This document shows positions 37,625 to 47,245 of a DNA stretch of 64,000 nt, in pieces (position 1 is the first letter of the stretch; the number at the start of each line of letters is the position of its first letter). The stretch is from Bacteriovoracia bacterium (GTDB taxonomy: Bacteria; Bdellovibrionota; UBA1018; CAIPTA01), in contig JBFWVL010000001.1 of assembly GCA_050246755.1 (NCBI GenBank), forward strand, positions 896,001-960,000, read 5' to 3'. Position numbers and translations under genes: made by a program. The notes beneath the pieces are model-generated. The model ran no database searches. It saw only the letters and a program-made list of their open reading frames with translations, and was not told the DNA's origin.

Positions 37625-38454
37625 TTCTTGAGCTCCAGGAAGGCTCGCTCTTTCCCAGACTCATGAAAAGCCTCGTGGAAAAAGCGTTGAAATACTTTTA
37701 ACTCTACTTGGCCCGGATGAGCAACGGAGAGTTTCTGCGCAAATTTCTGCGCTGCCGCAGGATCGACCACTTTATCTTTGCCGTTAACCAAGAAAAGCAT
37801 GGGCAGATCCAATTTGGGCAATAAACCGTAAACGCCGGCGATTCCCGCTTCGATAGCAAGGTAGGCAGCCGGCGTGATCCAGCCGTGCACCAATGGGTCT
37901 TGCTCATAGCGGCGCACTTCCTCGCGATCGTGGCTAATATCTTTCGCCTTAATTCCCGACGGAACTTGGATCGTTTTCAGAAAGCCCGGCACATGCTTTG
38001 CCATCTTCGTTTCCACCAACCGTAAAGGATTCTGCGGTACTCCGAGGGCGGGCGCCGAGAGAACCAGTCCGCTGAGTGCCGGCTTTAGCGGGCCCGCAAT
38101 ATATCCTGCGGTGTAGGTAAGGGCAATCAGCCCTCCCAGGCTATGGCCCATAAGAAAACAAGGCTTATTGATGGCGAGATCCCCCGCCCCCACGAGGTGC
38201 TCGATCCAGGCATCGATATCCCGGTGGTGATCGGCGAGCTCATTGAAGTGCCCGCGCGTGCCCTGGGATCGCCCGTGACCGCGCAGATCGAAGAGATGAA
38301 CGTTCAGCTGCAGCTTATGGGCTTCTTCGGCCAACTCATGATAGCGGCCGCTATACTCGCCGAGGCCGTGCACCACCAGCAAGTTTCCGCGCGCCTTGGG
38401 CACGAGCAAACTCTCGCAAAACAGCAAAGTGCCATCGGCGCTGCGAAGGATCAT
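37534..38454 (-). CDS. Alpha/beta hydrolase, lysophospholipase/monoacylglycerol lipase family
   Basis: VHGLGEYSGRY, DLRGHGRS, GHSLGG nucleophile motif, D..V, HE. Confidence 0.9.
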   Translation of the reverse strand: MILRSADGTLLFCESLLVPKARGNLLVVHGLGEYSGRYHELAEEAHKLQLNVHLFDLRGHGRSQGTRGHFNELADHHRDIDAWIEHLVGAGDLAINKPCFLMGHSLGGLIALTYTAGYIAGPLKPALSGLVLSAPALGVPQNPLRLVETKMAKHVPGFLKTIQVPSGIKAKDISHDREEVRRYEQDPLVHGWITPAAYLAIEAGIAGVYGLLPKLDLPMLFLVNGKDKVVDPAAAQKFAQKLSVAHPGQVELKVFQRFFHEAFHESGKERAFLELKKWILKQLLPLSKRSSSRSSAKGATARATSP

Positions 38455-39251
38455 TGGGAGATATACTTCTCGATCGCCGATTTTGCGTCTGAAGTGAGGT
38501 GCGTGAAGCGGAAACTAAACCCGCGTCCATCCTCGAGAATGCGAACCACTTCGCCTTCGCAGGCAAAGCCCGGCACATTTCCCTGGGGATTCACGTTGAG
38601 CTTCAGGGCCGTTCCCGCGGGGCCGGGAGACTGGTCCATGAGAACCTGCATTCCGCCCACGCTGATATCCCGGCAGATCGCCCATCCCACTTCTTTCCCG
38701 TCGGTGAGGAGGATCTTGGTTTCGAAAGGCTTACGCGGCGTAGAGCGCTTATCCGAAGCGGGAAGCTTGGCCTTCGCCGAAGGCAACTGCTTGACCCAGT
38801 AATCGATGTCCTTCATCTGCAGCCAGTCGGAAAAACCCTTCTGCCACATATGCGTTCCGGCACCGATACGGCCGGCCTCTAGGAGCCCGATTACTTCGCG
38901 GTCCGAGATGGGCCCGTAGTTGGCTTCGTCTAAATAGAGATACCAAGTGCGCAATTCTTCCTTCTGCTTAGGAGCTAAGGGAGGAGGTGCCGCCTGGGTA
39001 GACTTCTGGATTTCCGCAATTAAAGAGGCGGCCGGCTCGCCTGGGAGCAGAGGCTTAAAATCGATTACGTCGTAGATGCGGGTCCAGCCGCTGAAACCCT
39101 CTTTCCACACGTGGGAAGCGAAGTTCAATTCGCCGGCCTGAATTCGCTGCACAATTTCCTTCGCGCTAAGCGGGCCTGCGGGCCTGGCATTCATCACGGT
39201 ATACCATTTGAGGGCGGTGTCTTTAAGGAGGAGGTTTAGGGTATTTTCCAT
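38451..39251 (-). CDS. Tandem GYF_2 domains fused to a PilZ domain
   Basis: Two WY.....GP.S...W..GFS.W units; PilZ motifs RSTPR and DISVGG. Confidence 0.88.
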   Translation of the reverse strand: MENTLNLLLKDTALKWYTVMNARPAGPLSAKEIVQRIQAGELNFASHVWKEGFSGWTRIYDVIDFKPLLPGEPAASLIAEIQKSTQAAPPPLAPKQKEELRTWYLYLDEANYGPISDREVIGLLEAGRIGAGTHMWQKGFSDWLQMKDIDYWVKQLPSAKAKLPASDKRSTPRKPFETKILLTDGKEVGWAICRDISVGGMQVLMDQSPGPAGTALKLNVNPQGNVPGFACEGEVVRILEDGRGFSFRFTHLTSDAKSAIEKYISQ

Positions 39252-39305
39252 ATACTAATAGTAATAGTGCATCTAGCAGTCCAGCAAGGATGGCTATTAA
39301 ACACC

Positions 39306-39448
39306 TGTATAAAGTTACTACACTCTGGCGGAGTATACTTTCGGTACACCTGCCTAAAATTCCAACGGATTAGCCAAAAATACCCATATTATTCAATGGG
39401 TTATCATTTTCCGACCAGTCCCGTCTCCTTTTGGCATCAGGCTTGCTT
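39306..39448 (+). promoter_or_regulatory. sigma54 promoter with two candidate activator sites and an IHF-like site
   Basis: TTGGCATCAGGCTTGCTT (GG 39433-34, GC 39445-46); ATTCAATGGGTTA 39391-39403; TGTATAAAGTTACTACA 39306-22 and AGTATACTTTCGGTACA 39332-48. Confidence 0.75.
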
Positions 39449-39485
39449 TTACACTCCCGAGTTCCCTGAACTCTAGGAGTTATTT

Positions 39486-40589
39486 ATGAAGTTGTGTGGA
39501 TCGTTAAAAGTAGTGCCAGTGTTGATGCTCTTGAGCCTGAGCCTTCTGTCCGCTTGCGGCAACCCGAAGTTCCAAAAGCAAGAGCTTTCGGCCTCGGCAG
39601 TAGCGGGCCAATACACGAAGCCCAAAATCGATATCATTATCTTCCAGGATAATTCCGATTCGATGACGAATTCCCTTCAATACATTAAGCCGCAATTGAC
39701 GAGCTTTCTGAATTCGATCGATAGCCGCTGGGACTACCACTTCACGGTTATGCCCCTTCTCTATAAAATGACCATGAACCAAAAGTACATGGCCGCCCAA
39801 GACTGCACCGGTCTCTCGAACTGCATCACCGCAGGCCAATTCAACGTGGCTCCCGGCGACACGGGCTGGATCAATAGCAACGTACGTAACGGTAGCAATG
39901 ATTTTGGCTTCCAGTACATGCAGCAAACTCTAAACGACGCCAGCATGACGAGCTCGGGCTTCCTGCGCTCCGACGCGGCTCTTGCCACGATCGTAGTTTC
40001 CGATGGTAACGATATCTCGGCCGCTCACTACACCACCAACGCCGGCGGCCAGGTGATCCTTGATGGTCCCGCTACCCAAGCCGGCCTGAACACCTACGTG
40101 AGCTATATCGCCGGACTGAAGCCCAGCAACCTCATGAGCAAATTCTACGCGGTGGTTCCTCCGGGCAACGCGAACGACCTCACGAACTGCTACGGCTCGC
40201 AAGTATACGCTGGCAGCAGCTACTCGTACGTTTCTACCATGCTCGGTATACAGAACTCGCTGACGTACAACGTTTGCTCGGGCAATGCCCTCACCGGCGT
40301 GCTCGCCAATATTGGCAGCCAGCTCCAAGCCCTCGTAGACGCCTACAAATTCGACTACGTGGTTCTTTCGGAAAAGCCGGACGTGAGCACGATCAAGATC
40401 AAGAAGAACGGTGCGCTGATTTCCCAGTCGAACACCAACGGCTGGACCTACGTGGGCTACTTGGCCAACCAAGCCACTTCGTTCTACCCCGCCCCTTCGA
40501 ACGTGAAGTCGGGCTATATGATCAAGCTGAACGGCACCGCGGTCTATAAAGGCAGCGACAAGATCGACGTTACCTACAAAGCTTTCTAA
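39486..40589 (+). CDS. VWA-like lipoprotein
   Basis: Lipobox LSAC; MIDAS-like DIIIFQDNSDSM, FLRSDA.L..IVVSDGND; AGGAG SD. Confidence 0.8.
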   Translation: MKLCGSLKVVPVLMLLSLSLLSACGNPKFQKQELSASAVAGQYTKPKIDIIIFQDNSDSMTNSLQYIKPQLTSFLNSIDSRWDYHFTVMPLLYKMTMNQKYMAAQDCTGLSNCITAGQFNVAPGDTGWINSNVRNGSNDFGFQYMQQTLNDASMTSSGFLRSDAALATIVVSDGNDISAAHYTTNAGGQVILDGPATQAGLNTYVSYIAGLKPSNLMSKFYAVVPPGNANDLTNCYGSQVYAGSSYSYVSTMLGIQNSLTYNVCSGNALTGVLANIGSQLQALVDAYKFDYVVLSEKPDVSTIKIKKNGALISQSNTNGWTYVGYLANQATSFYPAPSNVKSGYMIKLNGTAVYKGSDKIDVTYKAF

Positions 40590-40610
40590 GAAGAAAGCCA
40601 CGCACACGAT

Positions 40611-40648
40611 GAAGCCGGCGCAGTTTACTGCCCGGCTTCTTTTCTTTT
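40611..40648 (+). terminator. Intrinsic terminator overlapping the 3' end of the opposite-strand gene
   Basis: GAAGCCGG-c-GCAGT-tt-ACTGC-CCGGCTTC followed by TTTTCTTTT. Confidence 0.75.
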
Positions 40649-41938
40649 CCCCGTATCCACGGTCTCTTCTCCGCCGCTGATACGTTCAAATTTTAGTACT
40701 CCATCGCAATTCCCGCATTCCCGCACCGGAATACCGAAAACGCCATAGGCCGAAAAATCTTTGTCTTGGGGATAGGGCTGGTAATGAATATGCGCCAGCA
40801 AGAATAAGCTCACCGCGGCCTGCACCACGATCAAGCTCGCCAATAAAATTTTTCCGTAACGGAATAAGCTGAGGCTACGTACCGCGCTCAGAAAAGGAAC
40901 GAAGCCCAAGCAAAGCGTAAAATACCGGGGGATATGCATGAGTGAGAGAGTGGCGATTAACCCCGTGCCGAAGCTCGCAAACAATTCAAGCTGAGTAAGC
41001 TCCGCACGCTGGCGCCGGCGCACGAAACGCCATGCGCGGAAAAAAAACATCAGCCCTCCCGCCACCGCCAGCAGAAGCAAAATAATAGCTAGGCCGGAAT
41101 AGAGGGGCTGGCGATAGGGAACCGTCCCAAATGGATAGGTACCCAGCACTCCGAAGGCATTACTGAACCAATAATTAGGATACTTAAAGCCGAATAAGCG
41201 GGAAAACTTGGAAGAAACCGAATCGCCCTTCCCGAGATCGGCCACTAGCCAGTAAATCCAAGGCGCGAGCGGCAAAATACTGAGCAATAAACCCCCGCCG
41301 AATGCGGGCCAGAGAACACTCCGCAAGGTTCGGAACCGATTATAAAGAAGATCACACAGAAAAAATCCCAGGGTCACGAAGAATCCGCTCATGTGCACCT
41401 GGCCGGGCAAAAGACAAAATAGTCCGAGAAAAAAAGAGCCCCACCGCGAGCGGCGCTTCATCCAGGCGAGAAAAAAAACGCTCACGAAGAGCCCCATCAC
41501 CGAGGGATGCCATAGTTTCCGATCCATCAGCACGAGGAAGGGATTCACCGCCATGAGGGCGACCGTCCACAAAAAATAGCGTCGCGCCAGTCCACGCAAA
41601 GCGAACCAAGAAAATCCCAGCAGCAAAGCTAGATTCAGTACCGCCAGCACCGGTGGAATGCGGGCCAAATCAACGAACGTTTCTACCGGAAATACTTTTC
41701 CCAGCAGCAAAAAAAGCCAAATACCGAGGCCGGGATGCCGTAGCCCGTTGGAGGAAGGCTGCCCGACCCAAGGAAAACTAATTTCTCCCCGGCGCCAGTC
41801 GCGCAGATAGTTAAACGTCTCGGTTTCATCGAACTTCATCTCGATATCGAGGGGCCATAAAAAGCGGAAAATGATTCCGGCAAAAATGGCGGCGGCAAGA
41901 AAAAGAAAGACTCGATTAGATTTTAAGAATGGCTTCAA
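40625..41938 (-). CDS. GT-C (ArnT/PMT-like) integral membrane glycosyltransferase
   Basis: DE motif after the first TM, G..SS.G..HPG, NPF....RKLW, Q.H.SG; about 10 TMs. Confidence 0.7.
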   Translation of the reverse strand: MKPFLKSNRVFLFLAAAIFAGIIFRFLWPLDIEMKFDETETFNYLRDWRRGEISFPWVGQPSSNGLRHPGLGIWLFLLLGKVFPVETFVDLARIPPVLAVLNLALLLGFSWFALRGLARRYFLWTVALMAVNPFLVLMDRKLWHPSVMGLFVSVFFLAWMKRRSRWGSFFLGLFCLLPGQVHMSGFFVTLGFFLCDLLYNRFRTLRSVLWPAFGGGLLLSILPLAPWIYWLVADLGKGDSVSSKFSRLFGFKYPNYWFSNAFGVLGTYPFGTVPYRQPLYSGLAIILLLLAVAGGLMFFFRAWRFVRRRQRAELTQLELFASFGTGLIATLSLMHIPRYFTLCLGFVPFLSAVRSLSLFRYGKILLASLIVVQAAVSLFLLAHIHYQPYPQDKDFSAYGVFGIPVRECGNCDGVLKFERISGGEETVDTGKRKEAGQ

Positions 41939-41979
41939 AGTAAATTCCGCCCCGGTGAATCACGGCAGCTAAGTATTCA

Positions 41980-43017
41980 CTACGGGGCGCGTTTTTGCGA
42001 ATTCAAAGTATCAAACTTTTGGCGCAGCGCAACCAGCGGGTAGAGACGCTGGAATTTTTGCACTTGGAACTCCGCGGTTTTCTGATTGCCGGAAACACGC
42101 ACGTCCCCAGAAAATCCCCACTTCGACAGCTCTTCAAATGCGCTCCACTCGAACGGTATCTTCTGGTTCTGCGCGGCCACGGCTTTTTGAAAAATCTCTT
42201 CCATATTCAGCTCTACGGTTTCGGTGCCGGCCTGAATCTTGGCGATCTCGGAATAAGCATTCACGGCATCGAGCACGGCGATTCCCTTCTCGCTAATCGC
42301 CAGCTGCTTATCATCGGGCTTTGCGCTTTCTTCGTGGCAGAAATAGATATAGCGCTCGAGGCGGTCGAGATCGAGCACCACCAGCTCCATCATGTCTTTT
42401 GCCTTCTCCATTTGCAGCACGCCGGCTTCATTCAAAACATCGGTGAAGGCCTGCACTTTCGACAAATGAAGGCCCATGATCTGCGCACCATAGAACTGCA
42501 GCCAGCCAGCCTTAACTTTTGTTTTCAAATCGGCGGTTCTTTCGCCATTGCGGGAAGCCGCTAATAAGAGAGCCGCGCCGAGCTTCAGCGTATCGGAAGT
42601 CGACAGAAATTCATGGATCTTGGAAGTGCGCCCCTGGTCATCCTTTGAATAAACCATCGAGGCATCTTCCAGCTCGCGCACTCGATTATTCGTGCTGCGC
42701 AGCCGTTTCACCAACGTGGAAATCAAGGACTTCATCCAAGAGGGTTGGGCCGCGATGAATTCATCGAACTTACCGCGCGGAATTTCTACGATATCGCAAG
42801 GCTGAAGCGCCTCCACTGAGGCCGAGCGGGGCTGATTGTCCAGGAAGCTCATCTCGCCTACCACTTCGCCCGAATGCACCACTCCGAGCTCAATGAAGCC
42901 AGAACCCTTTTTTTTAAATAAGCGAAGGGTACCGGACTGAACCCAGTACATCGAATTGCTCATTTCGCCCTCTTTCACGAGAGGATCACCTTTTTTTAAG
43001 TGCTTGATGGAAACCAT
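41980..43017 (-). CDS. Cyclic-nucleotide-binding (Crp/Fnr-type) domain protein
   Basis: EGE....MY.VQSG, GEVVGEMSF....PRSASV, RLR..N. Confidence 0.88.
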   Translation of the reverse strand: MVSIKHLKKGDPLVKEGEMSNSMYWVQSGTLRLFKKKGSGFIELGVVHSGEVVGEMSFLDNQPRSASVEALQPCDIVEIPRGKFDEFIAAQPSWMKSLISTLVKRLRSTNNRVRELEDASMVYSKDDQGRTSKIHEFLSTSDTLKLGAALLLAASRNGERTADLKTKVKAGWLQFYGAQIMGLHLSKVQAFTDVLNEAGVLQMEKAKDMMELVVLDLDRLERYIYFCHEESAKPDDKQLAISEKGIAVLDAVNAYSEIAKIQAGTETVELNMEEIFQKAVAAQNQKIPFEWSAFEELSKWGFSGDVRVSGNQKTAEFQVQKFQRLYPLVALRQKFDTLNSQKRAP

Positions 43018-43085
43018 GATTCATCTTAGCGGGATTTACGGAGCTGGCCAAGACGACAAAAAGGACAAGCTACCGTGTAGACGAT

Positions 43086-43490
43086 TTAGTTGTTTACCGA
43101 AGAAATCACGATCACGCCTTCGATTTCCTGGATCCAAACTTCGCCGTCACCCACCATCACGCCCTGATAACTGCAAAAAAGATCGTCGCGATTGAGCTTC
43201 GCGATGGCATTGAGCACTTTCGGGGTAAAAACCTTGGAAAATTTTCTCTTGAGCACGCTCTCATTTTTGATCCTGCCCTTTTTTCCCACCCGCAATGGGT
43301 AATTGGCCAGTTTCGATAATGCGCCCACATCTTTGGCGGCGGCGGCGGTCTGAAGTTTTCCTAAGAACTTAATCAGCTCTTTCTTGTCCTTGATTCCCGC
43401 CACGGAGAGATCGCAGGGGGCGTGGTCAACGGCGAAAACGAATCCGGTACTAGAAAATAAAAAAACAAAAACGAAAGCCAGGCGCCTCAA
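43086..43490 (-). CDS. Small secreted hypothetical protein
   Basis: TTG 43490 overlaps the scoB stop (TTGA); signal peptide; YPLRV and [11 protein letters not shown]. Confidence 0.7.
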   Translation of the reverse strand: MRRLAFVFVFLFSSTGFVFAVDHAPCDLSVAGIKDKKELIKFLGKLQTAAAAKDVGALSKLANYPLRVGKKGRIKNESVLKRKFSKVFTPKVLNAIAKLNRDDLFCSYQGVMVGDGEVWIQEIEGVIVISSVNN

Positions 43491-44146
43491 ACTGCGATCT
43501 CCGGCACTTCCCCGTTCACGATCAGCGGAGCCTCGGTGGCTTTGCGGATTTCTTCCACGCTCACTCCGGGGGCGCGCTCCTTGAGAACAAAGCCTTTCCC
43601 TTCTTGTAGCTCGAGCACGGCAAGCTCCGTGACCACCACACTCACGCAGTGGGTGCCGGTAAGCGGCAAATTGCATTCTTTTAAGATCTTCGATTCGCCG
43701 TCTTTCGAAATGTGCTGCATGGCGATGATGATCTTGCGCGATCCGGCCACGAGGTCCATCGCGCCGCCCATTCCCTTCACCATTTTCCCGGGAATCATCC
43801 AGTTGGCGAGACTGCCCTGCACGTCCACTTGCATGGCACCCAGTACGCAAAGATCCACGTGGCCGCCGCGAATCATCGCGAAGGAATCCGCCGAGGAGAA
43901 AAAACTGGATCCGGGGATCGTGGTCACGGTTTGTTTGCCCGCATTGATGAGATCGGGGTCTACTTCTTCTTCGGTGGGAAAGGGCCCGATACCGAGCAAG
44001 CCGTTCTCACTCTGGAGAACCACGTTCACGCCCTTAGGCAAATAGTTCGCCACGAGGGTGGGGATTCCAATTCCGAGATTCACGAACATTCCGTCTTTTA
44101 ATTCTTTGGCGATCCGAGCTGCAATTTGTTCACGCGTGAGTGCCAT
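43487..44146 (-). CDS. scoB: 3-oxoacid CoA-transferase subunit B
   Basis: [28 protein letters not shown]. Confidence 0.93.
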   Translation of the reverse strand: MALTREQIAARIAKELKDGMFVNLGIGIPTLVANYLPKGVNVVLQSENGLLGIGPFPTEEEVDPDLINAGKQTVTTIPGSSFFSSADSFAMIRGGHVDLCVLGAMQVDVQGSLANWMIPGKMVKGMGGAMDLVAGSRKIIIAMQHISKDGESKILKECNLPLTGTHCVSVVVTELAVLELQEGKGFVLKERAPGVSVEEIRKATEAPLIVNGEVPEIAV

Positions 44147-44150
44147 TATC

Positions 44151-44846
44151 TTAGCCCTTCCTAATCGTGCGTTGTTCAATGCGCTTCTCGAAAGTGCTCT
44201 TCACGAGGCGGTTTACGTAAACGGCCGGAGTATGAATGGAATCGGGATCGAGGGACCCGGCGGGAACGATCTCTTCCACTTCGGCGATGCAAATTTTTCC
44301 AGCCGTGGCCATTACGGGATTAAAATTCCTGGCGGTACGGCGGTACACGAGGTTGCCGAGGGTATCGGCTTTCCAGGCTTTCACGAAGGCGAAATCGCCG
44401 GTAATCGCCTGCTCGAGGATATACTCCCGCCCGTTGAACTTACGAGTCTCTTTGCCTTTGGCCACCAGAGTGCCGGCGCCCGTGGGAGTGAAAAAAGCGG
44501 GAATGCCCGCACCGCCGGCGCGCACGCGCTCGGCCAAAGTTCCCTGCGGGCAAAGCTCCACTTCGAGCTCGCCCGAAAGAAGGAGTTTTTCGAAAGTGGC
44601 GTTCTCGCCCACGTAGGACGAAATCATTTTCTTCACCTGTTTCTTCTGGAAGAGCAAACCGATGCCGTAATTATCCACGCCCGCATTATTGGAAACGCAG
44701 GTGAGGCCCATCGTGCCTCTTTCCATCAAGGCCTTGATGAGGTTCTCAGGGATCCCGCAGAGGCCAAACCCGCCCATGCAGATGGTAGAGCCATCTTTCA
44801 CGTCGAAGGTGGCCTCGAAGGCGTTATTGTAGATTTTTACGGCCAT
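44151..44846 (-). CDS. scoA: 3-oxoacid CoA-transferase subunit A
   Basis: [36 protein letters not shown]. Confidence 0.93.
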   Translation of the reverse strand: MAVKIYNNAFEATFDVKDGSTICMGGFGLCGIPENLIKALMERGTMGLTCVSNNAGVDNYGIGLLFQKKQVKKMISSYVGENATFEKLLLSGELEVELCPQGTLAERVRAGGAGIPAFFTPTGAGTLVAKGKETRKFNGREYILEQAITGDFAFVKAWKADTLGNLVYRRTARNFNPVMATAGKICIAEVEEIVPAGSLDPDSIHTPAVYVNRLVKSTFEKRIEQRTIRKG

Positions 44847-44854
44847 GCTTGCTC

Positions 44855-46036
44855 CTAGTACCGCTCTACGATCATCGCGATGCCTTCGCCCCCGCCGATG
44901 CAGAGAGAGCCAAGCCCGCGCTTCACATTTTTCTGTTCCATCGCGTTGAGCAAGGTAGCCAAGATGCGCGCGCCGCTGGCGCCGATCGGGTGGCCGAGCG
45001 AAATACCGCCGCCGTTGATATTCAATTTGCTCTCGGGAATCTCCACGGCTTTAGCGGCGGCCAAGGGCACTACGGCGAAGGCTTCGTTGATTTCGAAAAG
45101 ATCGATATCGGAAGGCTTCAGGTTCGCCTTCGCGAGCACCTTCTTGATCGCTTCCACCGGCGCGGTGGTGAACCACTCCGGCGCTTGGGCGTGGGTAGCC
45201 ACCGCTACGATGCGAGCCAACGGCTTGAGGCCGTGCTTATCGGCGAACTCTTTGCTTGCGATCACGAGAGCCGCGGCGCCGTCGTTGATCGAAGCGGCAT
45301 TGGCGGCGGTAATCGTTCCCGCCTTATCAAATACCGGCTTAAGTCCCGCCATTTTGGCGGGATCGCCCTTAGCGGGGCCTTCATCGGTATCGAACAAAAT
45401 TGGATCGCCCTTCTTCTGGGGAATCGGCACGCCCACGATTTCATTTTTGAAAGCGCCGCTCTTAATGGCCGCTTGCGCACGGGCAAAGCTCTGGGCCGCG
45501 TAACGGTCCTGCTCTTCACGGGTGAACTTGAATTCTTTCGCGCACATTTCACCGGCCGAGCCCATGTGGAAATTATTGTAAGGGTCCCAGAGGCCATCCG
45601 AAACCATCGAATCCACGATTTTCTTCTCGCCCATGCGCATCCCGGTGCGGGCGTCGGGCATGAGGTAGGGAGCCAGGCTCATATTTTCCATGCCGCCTAC
45701 CACCGCACATTCGCTTTCGCCTGCAATGATCGCATTGCGTGCCAGGTTCACGGCCTGCATTCCTGATCCGCAAACTTTATTCACCGTCGTGGCAGGAACC
45801 GACTGAGGAATTCCCGCGTAGATCATCGCCTGACGAGCCGGAGCCTGCCCTTGGCCGGCCGAAAGCACATTCCCCATGATTACCTGGTCTACCTTTTCGG
45901 GTGCCACTTTAGCGCGCTCCAGCGCGGCTTTAATCGCAATCGCGCCTAGGCGAGGGGCAGGAATCGTGGAAAGGGCACCTAAAAAGCTGCCCAACGGGGT
46001 ACGAACCGCGGATAAAATTACTACTTCTTTAGCCAT
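44855..46036 (-). CDS. atoB: Acetyl-CoA C-acetyltransferase (thiolase)
   Basis: [25 protein letters not shown]; start ATG 46036. Confidence 0.93.
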   Translation of the reverse strand: MAKEVVILSAVRTPLGSFLGALSTIPAPRLGAIAIKAALERAKVAPEKVDQVIMGNVLSAGQGQAPARQAMIYAGIPQSVPATTVNKVCGSGMQAVNLARNAIIAGESECAVVGGMENMSLAPYLMPDARTGMRMGEKKIVDSMVSDGLWDPYNNFHMGSAGEMCAKEFKFTREEQDRYAAQSFARAQAAIKSGAFKNEIVGVPIPQKKGDPILFDTDEGPAKGDPAKMAGLKPVFDKAGTITAANAASINDGAAALVIASKEFADKHGLKPLARIVAVATHAQAPEWFTTAPVEAIKKVLAKANLKPSDIDLFEINEAFAVVPLAAAKAVEIPESKLNINGGGISLGHPIGASGARILATLLNAMEQKNVKRGLGSLCIGGGEGIAMIVERY

Positions 46037-46156
46037 GAAATTACTCCCTGCGTTAATTTGCAAAAAACCTACTGAGGATTAAAAATTATTAGGGCGATTG
46101 TTCCTCCACCCAGGAGGTAAAGTCAAATCGCAACGCAAAAGGACATAGGAGAATCG

Positions 46157-47218
46157 ATGAAAACCACCCTCAAGCTCTTAGGCACTACCGCAGCGTTTAG
46201 CTTTGCTATTACCGCCTTCGCCGGAACTCCTCCTCTGGGCTCTATCGATATCCCCGAACTCGTTACCCGGGTAGACAAAGGCGTAGTGAATATCCAGGCC
46301 GTCACCCTCATCCGCGAGCGCTTCATCGATCCTCTTTCCGAAGACTTCTTCTTCCAATTCTACGGCGTGCCCCGGGAACGCATCCGCAAGCAGCCCTCGC
46401 TCGGCTCCGGCTTCGTAATCGACGAAAATGGATTCATCCTTACCAACCATCACGTGGTGGAACGCGCTTCCGAAATCGAAGTATTCTTCGACGACGGCAA
46501 AAAAACCAAGCTCAAGGCTAAGCTGATCGGCTCCGACAAAAAATCCGACATTGCCCTCCTGCAAGTGAAGGCCGGCCCCCATCTCCTCCCCCTCACTCTC
46601 GGAAACTCCGATGCCGTGAAGGTGGGCGAATCCGTAGTGGCGATCGGAAATCCTTTCGGTCTTTCTCACACCGTAACCGCCGGGATCGTGAGCGCGAAGA
46701 ATCGCGTGATCGGCCAAGGCCCCTTCGATAATTTCCTGCAAACCGATGCCAGCATCAATCCCGGAAATTCCGGCGGCCCGCTCTTCAATGCGCACGGTGA
46801 AGTGATCGGCATCAATGCGGCGATCAATGCCAGCGGCCAGGGCCTCGGCTTCGCCATTCCCGTGAACCAAGCGAAGAAACTTTTGCCCGACCTCAAAAAA
46901 TATGGACGTATTCTCCGCGGCTTCATGGGCGCTCTCGTAGTGACTACCCCCAACGGAGTGTACGTAGACGGCGTAGCCGTTCGCTCCGCCGCCTATAAAT
47001 CCGGTCTACAAAGCGGGGATCGCATCGCGGAAATCAACGGGAGCAAAGTGGAAGAGCGCGTGGATATCGACCGTGCCCTCGAGGATAAACGCCCCGGCGA
47101 TATCGTAACCCTCGAAGTGGAGCGCGCTGGCCGCGGCGTGAAGAAAGTGCAGAAGCATGAGATCAAGCTCGGCGAGGAACCTCAGGTTCAGGGCGAGATG
47201 CCGGTGGGATTGTTATAG
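46157..47218 (+). CDS. htrA: HtrA/DegP-family serine protease with one PDZ domain
   Basis: LGSGF, TNHHV, DIAL, GNSGGPL. Confidence 0.92.
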   Translation: MKTTLKLLGTTAAFSFAITAFAGTPPLGSIDIPELVTRVDKGVVNIQAVTLIRERFIDPLSEDFFFQFYGVPRERIRKQPSLGSGFVIDENGFILTNHHVVERASEIEVFFDDGKKTKLKAKLIGSDKKSDIALLQVKAGPHLLPLTLGNSDAVKVGESVVAIGNPFGLSHTVTAGIVSAKNRVIGQGPFDNFLQTDASINPGNSGGPLFNAHGEVIGINAAINASGQGLGFAIPVNQAKKLLPDLKKYGRILRGFMGALVVTTPNGVYVDGVAVRSAAYKSGLQSGDRIAEINGSKVEERVDIDRALEDKRPGDIVTLEVERAGRGVKKVQKHEIKLGEEPQVQGEMPVGLL

Positions 47219-47245
47219 CCGCCGCCTCATACGTTAAGCCCGTGC

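Noticed and set aside
43491-43850. N-terminal extension of the 254-aa ORF
   Set aside because: Out-of-frame overlap with scoB; the signal peptide begins at TTG 43490.
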